A stretch of 64,000 bases of DNA from positions 11,687 to 75,686 of the forward strand of contig CAYTIA010000004.1 of the NCBI GenBank assembly GCA_964437755.1, written 5' to 3'. The notes under the pieces are model-generated. The model did not search any database. It was not told the origin of the DNA and was given only the letters and a program-made list of their open reading frames with translations. Position numbers and translations under genes: made by a program. Shown here in pieces: positions 1 to 9,888 of this stretch (the first letter of the stretch is position 1; each line of letters opens with the position of its first letter). Source of the stretch: an uncultured Pseudomonadales bacterium. Lineage in GTDB: Bacteria; Patescibacteriota; Microgenomatia; UBA1400; PJMF01.

Positions 1-205
1 GATGACTTAAATTCTGAACAGCCAACTCAACTAAAGTTCTATCAGCAATTCTCCGTAAACCTGCTAAAAGAGAGTAGGGGGGAGCTAAAACTACTTTCGC
101 ATCAATGCGGAAGCTATCTAAATATCCCTCAACAGAAGCAGCCCAATCTTTAGCGGTTTGGAGATTGTGATTTGATTTCCAGTTAGCAATAATGAGTTTT
201 GTCAT
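1..205 (-). CDS. tpiA: triosephosphate isomerase, N-terminal part (gene continues beyond window start)
   Basis: Reverse translation from ATG at 205..203 gives MTKLIIANWKSNHNL...VVLAPPYSLLAGL...AVQNLSH, the TIM N-terminal signature (ANWK, AQN..H). Confidence 0.7.
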   Translation of the reverse strand, partial: MTKLIIANWKSNHNLQTAKDWAASVEGYLDSFRIDAKVVLAPPYSLLAGLRRIADRTLVELAVQNLSH

Positions 206-295
206 AATCTAGACAACAAATTTATACACAAGGATCTTCTTAGTAGAAGTTTACCTCTTAGTATAACAATCAAAAGATTATGCTACTATAAGCGA

Positions 296-2269
296 ATGTC
301 AGTTGTTTCTGATTACATCAACCAGCTCAACCAAAATCAGCAGCAAGCTGTGTTGCATTCAAAAGGTCCTGCTGTAGTTTTAGCTGGAGCAGGTTCTGGA
401 AAAACTAGAGTTTTAACTACCCACGCCGCTTGGTTAACACAAGAACAAAATCTCTCACCAGATCGAATCTTACTCGTCACCTTTACCAACAAAGCTGCGG
501 GAGAAATGAATCAAAGAATCCAGACTCTTACCAACACACAGCTTCCTTTTTCTGGAACTTTTCATAGTTTTTGTGCTCGAGTTTTAAGAAAAGAGGGGGT
601 GAACATTGACCTACAACCAAACTACTTAATCTTCGATAGCAGTGATCAAGCAACTCTAATGCGCCAGATCTTTAAAGACAAAAATATTGATACTCAACGC
701 TATAAACCAAATGCTGTTCGTTCTATTATTTCTCAAGCAAAAAACAATTTATTAGATGTAGATGAGTTTGAAGAACAAGCTGACGATGAGTATCAAATAA
801 AAATAGCTCAACTTTATAGAGAATATCAGCGTAGATTACTTAAGCAAAACGCTGTAGATTTTGATGACTTATTGATACACTCAGTCACTCTTTTCACTCA
901 TTTTCCAAATGTTTTAGATAAATTTCAAGATCAATTTTCTCATGTGCTAATAGATGAGTATCAAGATACCAATAAAGCTCAATACAAGCTTACTAAACTG
1001 TTAGCTCAACCTCAAAATAATATTTATGTTGTTGGAGACTTTTCTCAAAGTATTTATGCCTGGCGAGGAGCAGATTATAAGAATCTGCTATATCTTAAAC
1101 AAGACTACGAAAAAATTGCTGAGTACAAGCTAGAACAAAACTATCGTTCAACCGAGCCAATCTTAAAAGCAGCCACAAGATTAATCAGTGCCAACACCAC
1201 TCATCCCATATTAAAATTATGGACCAATGACAAATCGGGTGACCCGATCACAATTATTGAGTGTAGTTCTGGCGAAGGTGAGGCCGAAGCCATTCTCTTA
1301 AAAATAAAAAAGCTTTCACAAGAGTACCAATATCAGGACTTTGCCATTCTTTATCGAACCAACGCCCAATCAAGAGCCTTTGAAGAACAGTTTATTCGCC
1401 AGGGTATTCCCTATCAAATCATTGGTGGTTTTAAGTTCTATGAGAGAACAGAGATTAAGGATGCGCTAGCATACCTACGTCTGTCCATTAACCCCCTTGA
1501 CACAGTTAGTTTTGAAAGGGCAGAGAAACTAGGAAAGCGTCGTTTGGCAAAATTTCGAAACTGGTTAGATAAGTTCAAGCCTGAACAAATAGGAGCTATT
1601 AGTCCTTTCGAGCTTCTTGAGCAGATACTTAAAGCAACAAACTATCTTGAAAAATATGACCAAAAAGATCCTGAAGATCAAGATCGGCTTGAAAATATTA
1701 GGGAGTTACTAAGTGTAGCTTCTCAATTTGAGGATATAATTCTTTTTTTAGAAAATATAAGTTTAGTCCAAGATGAACAACTTAAAGATCTCCCTGTTGG
1801 AGAACAAAACAACAAAGTATCTTTAATGAGCTTACACTCAGCTAAAGGACTTGAATTTCCAGTAGTTTTTATGGTTGGTATGGAAGAAGGGCTTCTGCCT
1901 CACAGCTTATCACTCTTTGAAAAAGACCAAATTGAGGAGGAACGACGCCTGTGCTATGTTGGCATTACTAGAGCCAAAGAAAAATTAATTCTAAGTTATG
2001 CTCAAAACAGATGGCTTTATGGTCGATCGGCTCAATCAAAGCCCAGTAGATTTTTATCGCAAATTCCAAGTGAGATTGTGATTAAAAATGAGCATATCTC
2101 ATTTTATGAAACCAATCATCAAAATAAATCAGAGTGGAGCCATACCAAATTCAATCAAAATTTTAATAAAAAAACTCCGAAAAAATATCGTCTTGGAATT
2201 GAGGTCAGTGAAAAAGAGTTAGATGATTTACTTAATGATAAACTTGATATTGATGATTTCTTAAGTTAA
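296..2269 (+). CDS. uvrD: UvrD/PcrA-family ATP-dependent DNA helicase
   Basis: 657 aa. Walker A GAGSGKT, DEYQDT motif and typical UvrD C-terminal motifs (VTFTNKAA, LMSLHSAKGLEF, CYVGITRAK). Confidence 0.9.
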   Translation: MSVVSDYINQLNQNQQQAVLHSKGPAVVLAGAGSGKTRVLTTHAAWLTQEQNLSPDRILLVTFTNKAAGEMNQRIQTLTNTQLPFSGTFHSFCARVLRKEGVNIDLQPNYLIFDSSDQATLMRQIFKDKNIDTQRYKPNAVRSIISQAKNNLLDVDEFEEQADDEYQIKIAQLYREYQRRLLKQNAVDFDDLLIHSVTLFTHFPNVLDKFQDQFSHVLIDEYQDTNKAQYKLTKLLAQPQNNIYVVGDFSQSIYAWRGADYKNLLYLKQDYEKIAEYKLEQNYRSTEPILKAATRLISANTTHPILKLWTNDKSGDPITIIECSSGEGEAEAILLKIKKLSQEYQYQDFAILYRTNAQSRAFEEQFIRQGIPYQIIGGFKFYERTEIKDALAYLRLSINPLDTVSFERAEKLGKRRLAKFRNWLDKFKPEQIGAISPFELLEQILKATNYLEKYDQKDPEDQDRLENIRELLSVASQFEDIILFLENISLVQDEQLKDLPVGEQNNKVSLMSLHSAKGLEFPVVFMVGMEEGLLPHSLSLFEKDQIEEERRLCYVGITRAKEKLILSYAQNRWLYGRSAQSKPSRFLSQIPSEIVIKNEHISFYETNHQNKSEWSHTKFNQNFNKKTPKKYRLGIEVSEKELDDLLNDKLDIDDFLS

Positions 2270-2298
2270 CACTTTTTAAAAAAACTTATAAACTCCAA

Positions 2299-2327
2299 CT
2301 GACAAACTTCATCAACTACTCTATAAT
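2299..2327 (+). promoter_or_regulatory. candidate sigma70-type promoter (CTGACA-17-TATAAT) upstream of the FemAB-like gene
   Basis: The -35-like hexamer is at 2299..2304. A 17-nt spacer follows, then TATAAT at 2322..2327, 26 nt before the start codon at 2354. Confidence 0.35.
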
Positions 2328-2353
2328 AAATCTCTAGCATTAATACTATCCCT

Positions 2354-3394
2354 ATGCTTATTCGACCAATTCGCCTTGAAGAAAAAGAGCTTTATGACAG
2401 TGTGGCTAAACATCCAGTACAATCGTGGCAGTGGGGAGTTTTTCAACAACAGCAAGGGAAAAAGGTTGAAAGAGTAGGTTTTTTCGAAAACGGCAAAATA
2501 CAAGAAGTTTTACAGGTATTTTTTAAACCAATTCCAAAATTTCCCCAATATACAATCGGTTATTGTCCAAGAGCCTTTGCTCCAAATAAAGACCAATTAT
2601 CAGCACTAACCGAACTAGGCAAACAACAGAATGCAGTTTTTATTAGACTTGAACCTGATGTGAGTGTTCCCATAACCAATAGAGCCAAGCTCAAACCTAC
2701 TATCGAGCTTCTACTAGAAAATAACTGCCAGCTTGGTAAACCGTTTTTTTATCAACACACTTATGTTGTTGATCTCTCTCAGACTCAAGAACAACTATTT
2801 TCAAATTTAAAAAGTAAAACTCGCTACAACGTTAGATTAGCAATTAAAAAAGGCGTAAAAATTGTTGAAGACTCATCAAAAAGTGGCCTAAAAACATACC
2901 TAGAAATACTTAGTAAAACCCTTCAAAGAAAAGGTTTTTATTTACACTCTCCTGAATATTTCAAGCAAATGTGGGAATTATTAGCCAACTCAGACATGTA
3001 TCACTTATTCCACGCCGTTTATGATGACACTCCTTTAGTATCTTGGATCATGTTTAAGTGGAAAGACAAAATATATTATCCATATGGGGCATCACTTGAT
3101 TTACATAAAGAAACAATGGCTAGCAATTTAATGATGTGGGAAATGATTACCTGGGCAAAGAGTGAAGGTGCGAAAGTGTTTGACATGTGGGGTTCACTTG
3201 GTTCAAAACCTGATCAAAAAAGTCCATGGTACGGATTCCATAAATTTAAAGAGGGCTACGGCGCAGAGTTAATGAAGTTTGTGGGAACATTTGATCTTGT
3301 TCTTAAACAACCTCATTATAAAATCTTTAGAACTGCAGATGATTTCAGATGGAAAATACTTAGAATTAAAACTAAACTCGGATTATCAAAATAA
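2354..3394 (+). CDS. FemAB-family peptidoglycan interpeptide-bridge aminoacyltransferase (FemX/Lipid II glycyltransferase-like)
   Basis: 346 aa. The length and overall pattern (KSKTRYNVRLAIKKG, WYGFHKFKEGYG) are typical of the FemAB family. Confidence 0.65.
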   Translation: MLIRPIRLEEKELYDSVAKHPVQSWQWGVFQQQQGKKVERVGFFENGKIQEVLQVFFKPIPKFPQYTIGYCPRAFAPNKDQLSALTELGKQQNAVFIRLEPDVSVPITNRAKLKPTIELLLENNCQLGKPFFYQHTYVVDLSQTQEQLFSNLKSKTRYNVRLAIKKGVKIVEDSSKSGLKTYLEILSKTLQRKGFYLHSPEYFKQMWELLANSDMYHLFHAVYDDTPLVSWIMFKWKDKIYYPYGASLDLHKETMASNLMMWEMITWAKSEGAKVFDMWGSLGSKPDQKSPWYGFHKFKEGYGAELMKFVGTFDLVLKQPHYKIFRTADDFRWKILRIKTKLGLSK

Positions 3395-3411
3395 ACAAAA
3401 GGAGTTGAAAA

Positions 3412-4152
3412 ATGCCAAATAAAAAATTTAATCGCATCTTGCTTAAGGTTGGCGGAGAGTCAATGATGGGAAAAAATGAGTATGGCATCGATCCCGATGC
3501 TGCTCAAACAATTGCTCAAAAAATTAAGAACATTTATACCAAGCATGTTCAAATAGCCATTGTTATTGGAGGCGGAAATATTTTTCGTGGACTTGCTGGT
3601 TCAAAAAGAGGCATAGATCGAGCCACTGCTGACTACATGGGGATGTTAGCAACTGTAATGAATGGCCTAGCCCTTCAAGATGCGCTTGAATCAGCGCAAA
3701 TTCCAAGTAGGTTGCAATCGGCCCTATCAATGCCAGCAGTAGCTGAGCCATTTATTCGCAGAAAAGCTATTCGGCATATGGAAAAGGGAAGAGTAGTCAT
3801 CTTAAGTGCTGGTACGGGTATGCCCTATGTTACCACTGATACCGGAGCTGCTCTTCATGCGCTAGAACTTCACTGTGACGTACTAATCAAAGCCACAAAA
3901 GTTGATGGTGTCTTTGATAAAGATCCAATGAAATATCCTGATGCAAAAAGATACAAAACTCTTAGATATGAGGATGCAATTTCCAATGATGAAATTCAGG
4001 TAATGGATACTTCTGCGCTTGCAATGTCAAAAGAAAACAACATGCCTGTAATGGTTTTTGAACTATTCAAAGGAGATAATCTGGAAAGAGCCGTTGAAGG
4101 TGAGAGTATTGGAACCTATGTTGCCAACGATGTTGAAACTGCTCTTGCCTAA
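3412..4152 (+). CDS. pyrH: UMP kinase
   Basis: 246 aa. Has ILLKVGGE, GGGNIFRG and the typical amino-acid kinase fold motifs. A good RBS (aaggag) lies upstream. Confidence 0.9.
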   Translation: MPNKKFNRILLKVGGESMMGKNEYGIDPDAAQTIAQKIKNIYTKHVQIAIVIGGGNIFRGLAGSKRGIDRATADYMGMLATVMNGLALQDALESAQIPSRLQSALSMPAVAEPFIRRKAIRHMEKGRVVILSAGTGMPYVTTDTGAALHALELHCDVLIKATKVDGVFDKDPMKYPDAKRYKTLRYEDAISNDEIQVMDTSALAMSKENNMPVMVFELFKGDNLERAVEGESIGTYVANDVETALA

Positions 4153-4197
4153 AGATAGAATAATCTCAAATATTGAATATTAAATTATCCTGCCAAA

Positions 4198-5256
4198 ATG
4201 AAACAAACAAAATCATTCGCTATTAATGGCTTTGGTCGAATCGGTCGCACCGCTTTTCGCATTTGGTGGCAAAGCTATCGAAAAGATCTCAATCTTGTTG
4301 CTATTAATACCTCGGGCTCAATATCTCTTGAAGGATGGGTTCATCTGTTAAAACGTGACACAAACTACGGATTCTTTGACCCAGGAATCTCCTACGAAGA
4401 GCATCAAACAAATAAAGAAGTCACTGATAATGACCCATTACTTGGAACCATCTCAATAGGAGATCATAAAATTGCAGTTACCGCTCAAAAAGATCCCTCA
4501 AAACTTTCATGGAAAAAATATGGTGCTGAGATAATAATGGAGGCAACAGGAAAATTTTTAAAAACAGAGGATGCTGGACTTCATCTTAAAGCCGGGGCAA
4601 AAAAAGTCTTGTTAACTGCGCCAGCTAAAAGCCCTGAAATAAGTACCTCGGTTATCGGAGTTAATCAACTAGATTTCTCTCAAGATATTTTTTCCAACGC
4701 TTCTTGTACCACAAACTGTATCTCTCCAATAGTTAAAATAATAGGCGATAAAATTGGTATTGAAAAGGCAATTCTTACAACCATTCATGCCTACACTGAC
4801 AGCCAAAACTTATTAGACAACTCCAATAAAGACTTAAGAGCAGCAAGAGCAGCAGCACTAAATCTAATTCCCTCAAGCACCGGAGCTGCAAAAGCCACTA
4901 CAAAAATCATTCCTGAATTAAAAGACTTGTTTGACGGCATGGCTGTACGAGTACCAACACCAACAGGTTCATTGGCTGATATAGTTTTTGTCACCAAAAG
5001 AGAAACAACCAAAGAAGAAGTCAACAACATCTTGACTCAAGAAGCTAATAGTTCTCGTTATCGTGGAATTATTGCCGTGAGCAACGAACCGCTAGTATCA
5101 AGTGATATTGTTGGAAGAAGTGAGTCATCAATTGTTGATCTAGATTTAACTCAAGTGGTTGGTGGCAATTTACTCAAGATCATCGCTTGGTACGACAACG
5201 AGTGGGGCTATTGCGCCAGATTATTAGACCAACTCTGTTTGATTCCAACAGAATAA
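4198..5256 (+). CDS. gap: glyceraldehyde-3-phosphate dehydrogenase (type I)
   Basis: 352 aa. Has INGFGRIGR at the N-terminus and the catalytic ASCTTNC motif. Confidence 0.9.
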   Translation: MKQTKSFAINGFGRIGRTAFRIWWQSYRKDLNLVAINTSGSISLEGWVHLLKRDTNYGFFDPGISYEEHQTNKEVTDNDPLLGTISIGDHKIAVTAQKDPSKLSWKKYGAEIIMEATGKFLKTEDAGLHLKAGAKKVLLTAPAKSPEISTSVIGVNQLDFSQDIFSNASCTTNCISPIVKIIGDKIGIEKAILTTIHAYTDSQNLLDNSNKDLRAARAAALNLIPSSTGAAKATTKIIPELKDLFDGMAVRVPTPTGSLADIVFVTKRETTKEEVNNILTQEANSSRYRGIIAVSNEPLVSSDIVGRSESSIVDLDLTQVVGGNLLKIIAWYDNEWGYCARLLDQLCLIPTE

Positions 5257-5294
5257 TTGAAAAGTCCTGCCAAAGATTTTTTTAAACATTTGAT

Positions 5295-6386
5295 ATGACA
5301 AAGCTTATCCACACTGCTGATGTTCATCTTAGAGAGTATCAAGATTATCGTTGGCAAGCTCTTGAGGAAATACTAAACACTGCAAAACTAAAACAGGCTG
5401 ACCTACTTACCATATCTGGTGATCTCTTTGATCAAGATTCAGCCTCACAACAACTTAGAGAAAAAGTTCGTGCTTTATTTTCTAAATATGATCTTCAGAT
5501 CGTAATTCTTCCTGGCAACCATGATGTTAATTCATATAATTCTGGAGAGTATTATGGAGAAAATGTCCACACAATTATCAATGCTAACGAACAAAATCAG
5601 AAATTATTTTCATTCAAGGATATCTCTATTGCAGGAATTCCTTTTGCTCAAATCACCAAAGAACAGTTAATTAACAAAATACAGGGTATCAATCAAAGTT
5701 TTGAGGACAATCAAACAAACATCTTGTTAATCCACGGCGAATTAACCGACCTATTTTTTGATAGCTATGACTTTGGAAACGAAGGTGACAAGAGATACCT
5801 ACCTTTTTCACTCAATCTGTTTGCTAATTCAAAAATTGATTATGTTCTAGCAGGACATTTTCACACAAAATTTCACTTAAAAAAAATATCAAATACAAGA
5901 TTAAAAAACGGAGGTTTTTTTATTTATCCAGGATCACCGGCATCAATTACTACGCGAGAGACTGGCTTGCGCTCAGTTGCTCTCATTCAACCAAATCACT
6001 CACCAGAACAGATCGCTATTGATTCCCATTACTATTTGCCAATCGAGATTTCTCTTCAACCTGAAGATGATAATAAGATCGTATTTGAAATCGAAGATAA
6101 ATTAAAAAAATTACCAAAAAACTGTGATGCAATTTTAAATATTGGTGGATTCTTTAATAAAGAAAAGCTAGGATTTTCTGAGACAGAACTTTTCCAAAAA
6201 ATTAAATCAATTTCTGATAATCATAAAGCTATTTTTAGCGATGAGTCGTTTACCGCAAAAGAGATTGGTTCAGTTTTTTCAAGTTCTTTATATCAAGAAA
6301 TATCAACTAGAATTGATCAAGAGGAGTTAGATTCTGATACTAAAAAGGTGCTTTCGGAAGAATTAATTAATGCGCTAACCACTTAA
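5295..6386 (+). CDS. SbcD/Mre11-like calcineurin-type phosphoesterase (nuclease subunit)
   Basis: 363 aa. Has an N-terminal HTADVHL motif and GDLFD...ILPGNHD metallophosphatase motifs. Directly followed by an SbcC-like ATPase. Confidence 0.7.
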   Translation: MTKLIHTADVHLREYQDYRWQALEEILNTAKLKQADLLTISGDLFDQDSASQQLREKVRALFSKYDLQIVILPGNHDVNSYNSGEYYGENVHTIINANEQNQKLFSFKDISIAGIPFAQITKEQLINKIQGINQSFEDNQTNILLIHGELTDLFFDSYDFGNEGDKRYLPFSLNLFANSKIDYVLAGHFHTKFHLKKISNTRLKNGGFFIYPGSPASITTRETGLRSVALIQPNHSPEQIAIDSHYYLPIEISLQPEDDNKIVFEIEDKLKKLPKNCDAILNIGGFFNKEKLGFSETELFQKIKSISDNHKAIFSDESFTAKEIGSVFSSSLYQEISTRIDQEELDSDTKKVLSEELINALTT

Positions 6387-8753
6387 ATGAAGATTAAGCA
6401 ACTAGACATAAAAAATTATGGTCCGCTTGTTAATAAGAAGTATCAATTTTCTAGTGGATTTAATCTTTTCTTCGGCGAGAATGAACAAGGAAAAAGCCTA
6501 ACCTTTGATGCTCTAATAAAACTCCTTTTTGGAAAATATAGTAAGAAGTTTACTCAGATTAATAGGGTAGAGGAAGACCCAGCTTCATTTGGTGGATTTG
6601 TTACCGTCTCAACAATCAAAGATAATAAAGAAAAAGAGTATCGACTACAAGGAAAAACCACTCTAAGTGATCTAACAGGATTATCTGCTAACGAGTGCAA
6701 TAATATTTTTTTGATCAGAAACAGCGAGCTCTCCATAGGTCTTGATCATCAGGAACAGGATCAGTTCTATCTGTCAGTTACCGATCGACTAACAGGACTT
6801 CAAACTGAAGAGATCTCGTCAATGAAAAACAAGTTACTCAACTATGGACAGCTAACTGAAACTCATAGATTTTTAAATACTCAGGAAAGCAATAAACTTG
6901 CAGAAAGAGTTGAAAAAGCTCAGCAACTCCTTTCAACTGAAAGTAAACTCAATAAAACACTTAGTTCTCAAGGAGTAAAACAATGGCTACAACTTGAAGA
7001 AAATGAGCAATCATTTAAACAAAAAATTGAAGATATCAAAACCAAGTTAGCTCAATTTGCTTTGGCAAAAAAGGTTGAAGATTATCTCGAACAAAAAAAT
7101 TTACTTAACTCATTACAAGAAATCGAGAATAAACTCAATCCATTAGCAAACATACAACAAGAAAAATTAGACAAATTAAGATCAGCAACACAAGAGGAAA
7201 AAGGGTTAAAAATTCAACAGCAAGAACTTAAAAATGAACTCAATGGAAAACAAAAAAAGGCAGATCAAATTGAAAAAGAACTCTCAAAAATATCATTAGA
7301 AGTAACAAAAAATTCACCCATCAAAGAAGAAATTGATCGCTCTATTCAGCCTGAATCATTTCGCTTAGTTGAGCAATTAGCATCCATTCAAGCAACTCGT
7401 TACAAACCATGGAGACAATTACTTTTTCTATCAGGAGGCTTACTTTTTACTTCTTTACTCGTTCTGATTTTTCAATCACATCCAGTAATAATTTCACTAA
7501 CCATCATTTTTTTTCTAACAACTTTATTGCTCAGTTTTCATAATTTTCGTCTTATAAACAAACAACAAAAGTTTGACACAAGTTTCAATCAACTAAAATT
7601 ACAACTAAAAAAATATAATATTAAAATAAATAATCCTGATGAAATTGATGCCAAAACAACACAGCTAAAACAGATTTATAATCAATTACTTACCAAACAA
7701 TCAGTTTTAACAGTTGAGAAAAAAGCTATTAGAGATGATATTTCTGAGCTTAAAGATAAAAAACTTGCAAAAATTACTTCTCAACTCATTCAGGAACAAG
7801 AAACAATTAAACAGATTCTCCGAGAATGCTTGATTAGCTCTATGGATGAGTTAACAAAGAAATTGAATGAAAAAAATAATCTTGAGAATCAGAAGCAAAA
7901 GATTAACATTCTTTTGGAAACTAAATTAGGCAGACCTCATTTTGGCATCAGCCCAATAGATTATTTTTCTAAAAAAATTACCGAACAACCACAGCTTGAA
8001 ATAAAAGAGTCTGGAGTAAAATACGACGAGAATGAAGTCAAAAAACTTGAAGACGAACAATCAAAAACGATTGTTGAACTAGAAAACATCCAACAAAGAC
8101 TTGCCAATTTACAAGAGTTACTCAAAGACTTCCAGCGAGAAATTATCTCCATCCTTCCAACAAAAGACAGTCCCCTGATCATTGAGAACATTAATGATTT
8201 AATTCATTCAAAAAAAGAACTTGAGAGCTTTCTTAACTTTCATATAAAAAAACAAAAAAATGTAATCAAATTAATCTCAATTCTCGAAAAACTTGAATCT
8301 GAAGAAAAAGAAAAAGTAAGTCAATTTTTCGGAAAAGATAGTGCTATCAGCAATCTTTTTAGAGAAATAACTAAAGAAAAATACGTTCAAGTATATTACA
8401 ACCAAAACTCACATCAAATTATGGTTGAAAAAAGCGACCAAACCCACCTTACCGCTCAACAACTCTCATCTGGTACCTATGATCAATTATATTTAACTAT
8501 CAGACTTGGTCTTGGGAAAGCGCTACTCAAAAACAAAACTGGGTTTTTTATCATGGATGATCCATTTTTAAAATCTGATCAAGAAAGAATTAAAAATCAA
8601 TTAGAAATACTTTTGAAGATGGTGAAAGAAGGATGGCAAATTATCTATTTTTCTGCAAAAAATGAGATTGCCGAATATTTAAAAGACAAAGATATCAATC
8701 AAATAAATCTAAAAACAATTCCTGAAGATTCGTATTCCGCCAAAATGGTATAA
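6387..8753 (+). CDS. SbcC/Rad50/YhaN-like SMC-type ATPase with two central transmembrane helices
   Basis: 788 aa. N-terminal Walker A GENEQGKS, long coiled-coil, C-terminal signature QLSSGTYDQL and D-loop FFIMDDPF. Two hydrophobic helices sit mid-protein (LLFLSGGLLFTSLLVLIF, VIISLTIIFFLTTLLLSF). The start overlaps the upstream stop (TAAATG). Confidence 0.7.
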   Translation: MKIKQLDIKNYGPLVNKKYQFSSGFNLFFGENEQGKSLTFDALIKLLFGKYSKKFTQINRVEEDPASFGGFVTVSTIKDNKEKEYRLQGKTTLSDLTGLSANECNNIFLIRNSELSIGLDHQEQDQFYLSVTDRLTGLQTEEISSMKNKLLNYGQLTETHRFLNTQESNKLAERVEKAQQLLSTESKLNKTLSSQGVKQWLQLEENEQSFKQKIEDIKTKLAQFALAKKVEDYLEQKNLLNSLQEIENKLNPLANIQQEKLDKLRSATQEEKGLKIQQQELKNELNGKQKKADQIEKELSKISLEVTKNSPIKEEIDRSIQPESFRLVEQLASIQATRYKPWRQLLFLSGGLLFTSLLVLIFQSHPVIISLTIIFFLTTLLLSFHNFRLINKQQKFDTSFNQLKLQLKKYNIKINNPDEIDAKTTQLKQIYNQLLTKQSVLTVEKKAIRDDISELKDKKLAKITSQLIQEQETIKQILRECLISSMDELTKKLNEKNNLENQKQKINILLETKLGRPHFGISPIDYFSKKITEQPQLEIKESGVKYDENEVKKLEDEQSKTIVELENIQQRLANLQELLKDFQREIISILPTKDSPLIIENINDLIHSKKELESFLNFHIKKQKNVIKLISILEKLESEEKEKVSQFFGKDSAISNLFREITKEKYVQVYYNQNSHQIMVEKSDQTHLTAQQLSSGTYDQLYLTIRLGLGKALLKNKTGFFIMDDPFLKSDQERIKNQLEILLKMVKEGWQIIYFSAKNEIAEYLKDKDINQINLKTIPEDSYSAKMV

Positions 8754-8812
8754 TGCCACAAAATCTAGCAATTAAATCATATTTGATTTCTTAAATAGGA
8801 AAGTTTACACAA

Positions 8813-9775
8813 ATGGACAAACAACAAAAAACCACAAAAAAAACTAAGAGTAATCCTTCTCAGAACCCTCTTGATCAGTTGATTGTTGAGGATAAACAAC
8901 TCGAACTTAAACTTAGCTGGAAAAAAATCTCTCCTGTTTATCAGAAAGTCTTAAAAGATCTAAGTTCAAGTCTTAAACTTAAAGGCTTTAGAAAAGGAAA
9001 GATTCCTCTAGCTATAGCTGAAAAAGAAATAGGTCAAGAAAAAATTATTAATCAAGTTTTACAAGAACTTATTCCTGAAGCATATGGTTCTGCCATTAAG
9101 GAACTAAATCATAAACCTCTTACTACTCCTGAATTCCAAGCTATTAGTATTAACAAAGATAATGATTGGATTATTAAAGCGTACTTTTCAGAAAGTCCAG
9201 AAATTGATCTAAAAAATTATAAGAAAATAGCTAAAGAAGCAAAGAAAGTTGCTCAGGAAGAAATTAAAAAGTCAGAAGCAGAAAATAAAAAAAATAAAAC
9301 ATCGAAAAAAAGCAAAGATGACTCTGCTAAAAAAATTGAAAATTTAACAGATAATCAAAAAAAAGACGCTATTCTTCAAGCTATTATCGCCAAGCTAGTT
9401 GAAAAAATTAAACCAACCATTCCTAGACTTCTTCTTAAACAATCAGCTGAAAGAGAGATGGATAGCTTTATTAAAAGACTTGAATCTTTAAAAATTGACC
9501 TAGATACATTCTTGAATTCAAGACAGATGACACAGGAACAACTTTCTTCCCAGATCATGATTTCTACATTGAATCAATTGCAGGTGGAGTTTTTACTTAA
9601 GGCTATTGGAGAGCAAGAAAAGCTTGAGATCAGCGATCAGGAGGTTAGCTCCACTATAGAAGCCACTGAAGATGAAAAAGTGAAGGCTCAAATGAAAACA
9701 GACGAGTCTTATCAATCATATCTCAAGCAAATGTTGCTTAAACAGAAAGTGTTAGAACTAATATTTGATCTTTAA
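8813..9775 (+). CDS. tig: trigger factor-like chaperone lacking the PPIase (FKBP) domain
   Basis: 320 aa. The N-terminal ribosome-binding domain carries the GFRKGKIP signature loop, and a TF C-terminal domain is present. It is roughly 110 aa shorter than canonical TF, with no FKBP segment. Confidence 0.6.
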   Translation: MDKQQKTTKKTKSNPSQNPLDQLIVEDKQLELKLSWKKISPVYQKVLKDLSSSLKLKGFRKGKIPLAIAEKEIGQEKIINQVLQELIPEAYGSAIKELNHKPLTTPEFQAISINKDNDWIIKAYFSESPEIDLKNYKKIAKEAKKVAQEEIKKSEAENKKNKTSKKSKDDSAKKIENLTDNQKKDAILQAIIAKLVEKIKPTIPRLLLKQSAEREMDSFIKRLESLKIDLDTFLNSRQMTQEQLSSQIMISTLNQLQVEFLLKAIGEQEKLEISDQEVSSTIEATEDEKVKAQMKTDESYQSYLKQMLLKQKVLELIFDL

Positions 9776-9838
9776 TAACTGCCCAGATCAAATGGGGACA
9801 ACTTACACAATTAGAAAGTCTAAGTTGTGTAAATATAA

Positions 9839-9867
9839 TTGACTAAAACTCATATTAGTCCTATAAT
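9839..9867 (+). promoter_or_regulatory. consensus sigma70 promoter (TTGACT-17-TATAAT)
   Basis: TTGACT is at 9839..9844, followed by a 17-nt spacer and TATAAT at 9862..9867. The hypothetical gene starts 21 nt downstream, at 9889. Confidence 0.45.
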
Positions 9868-9888
9868 ATGTGATATAAGTCATCTATT

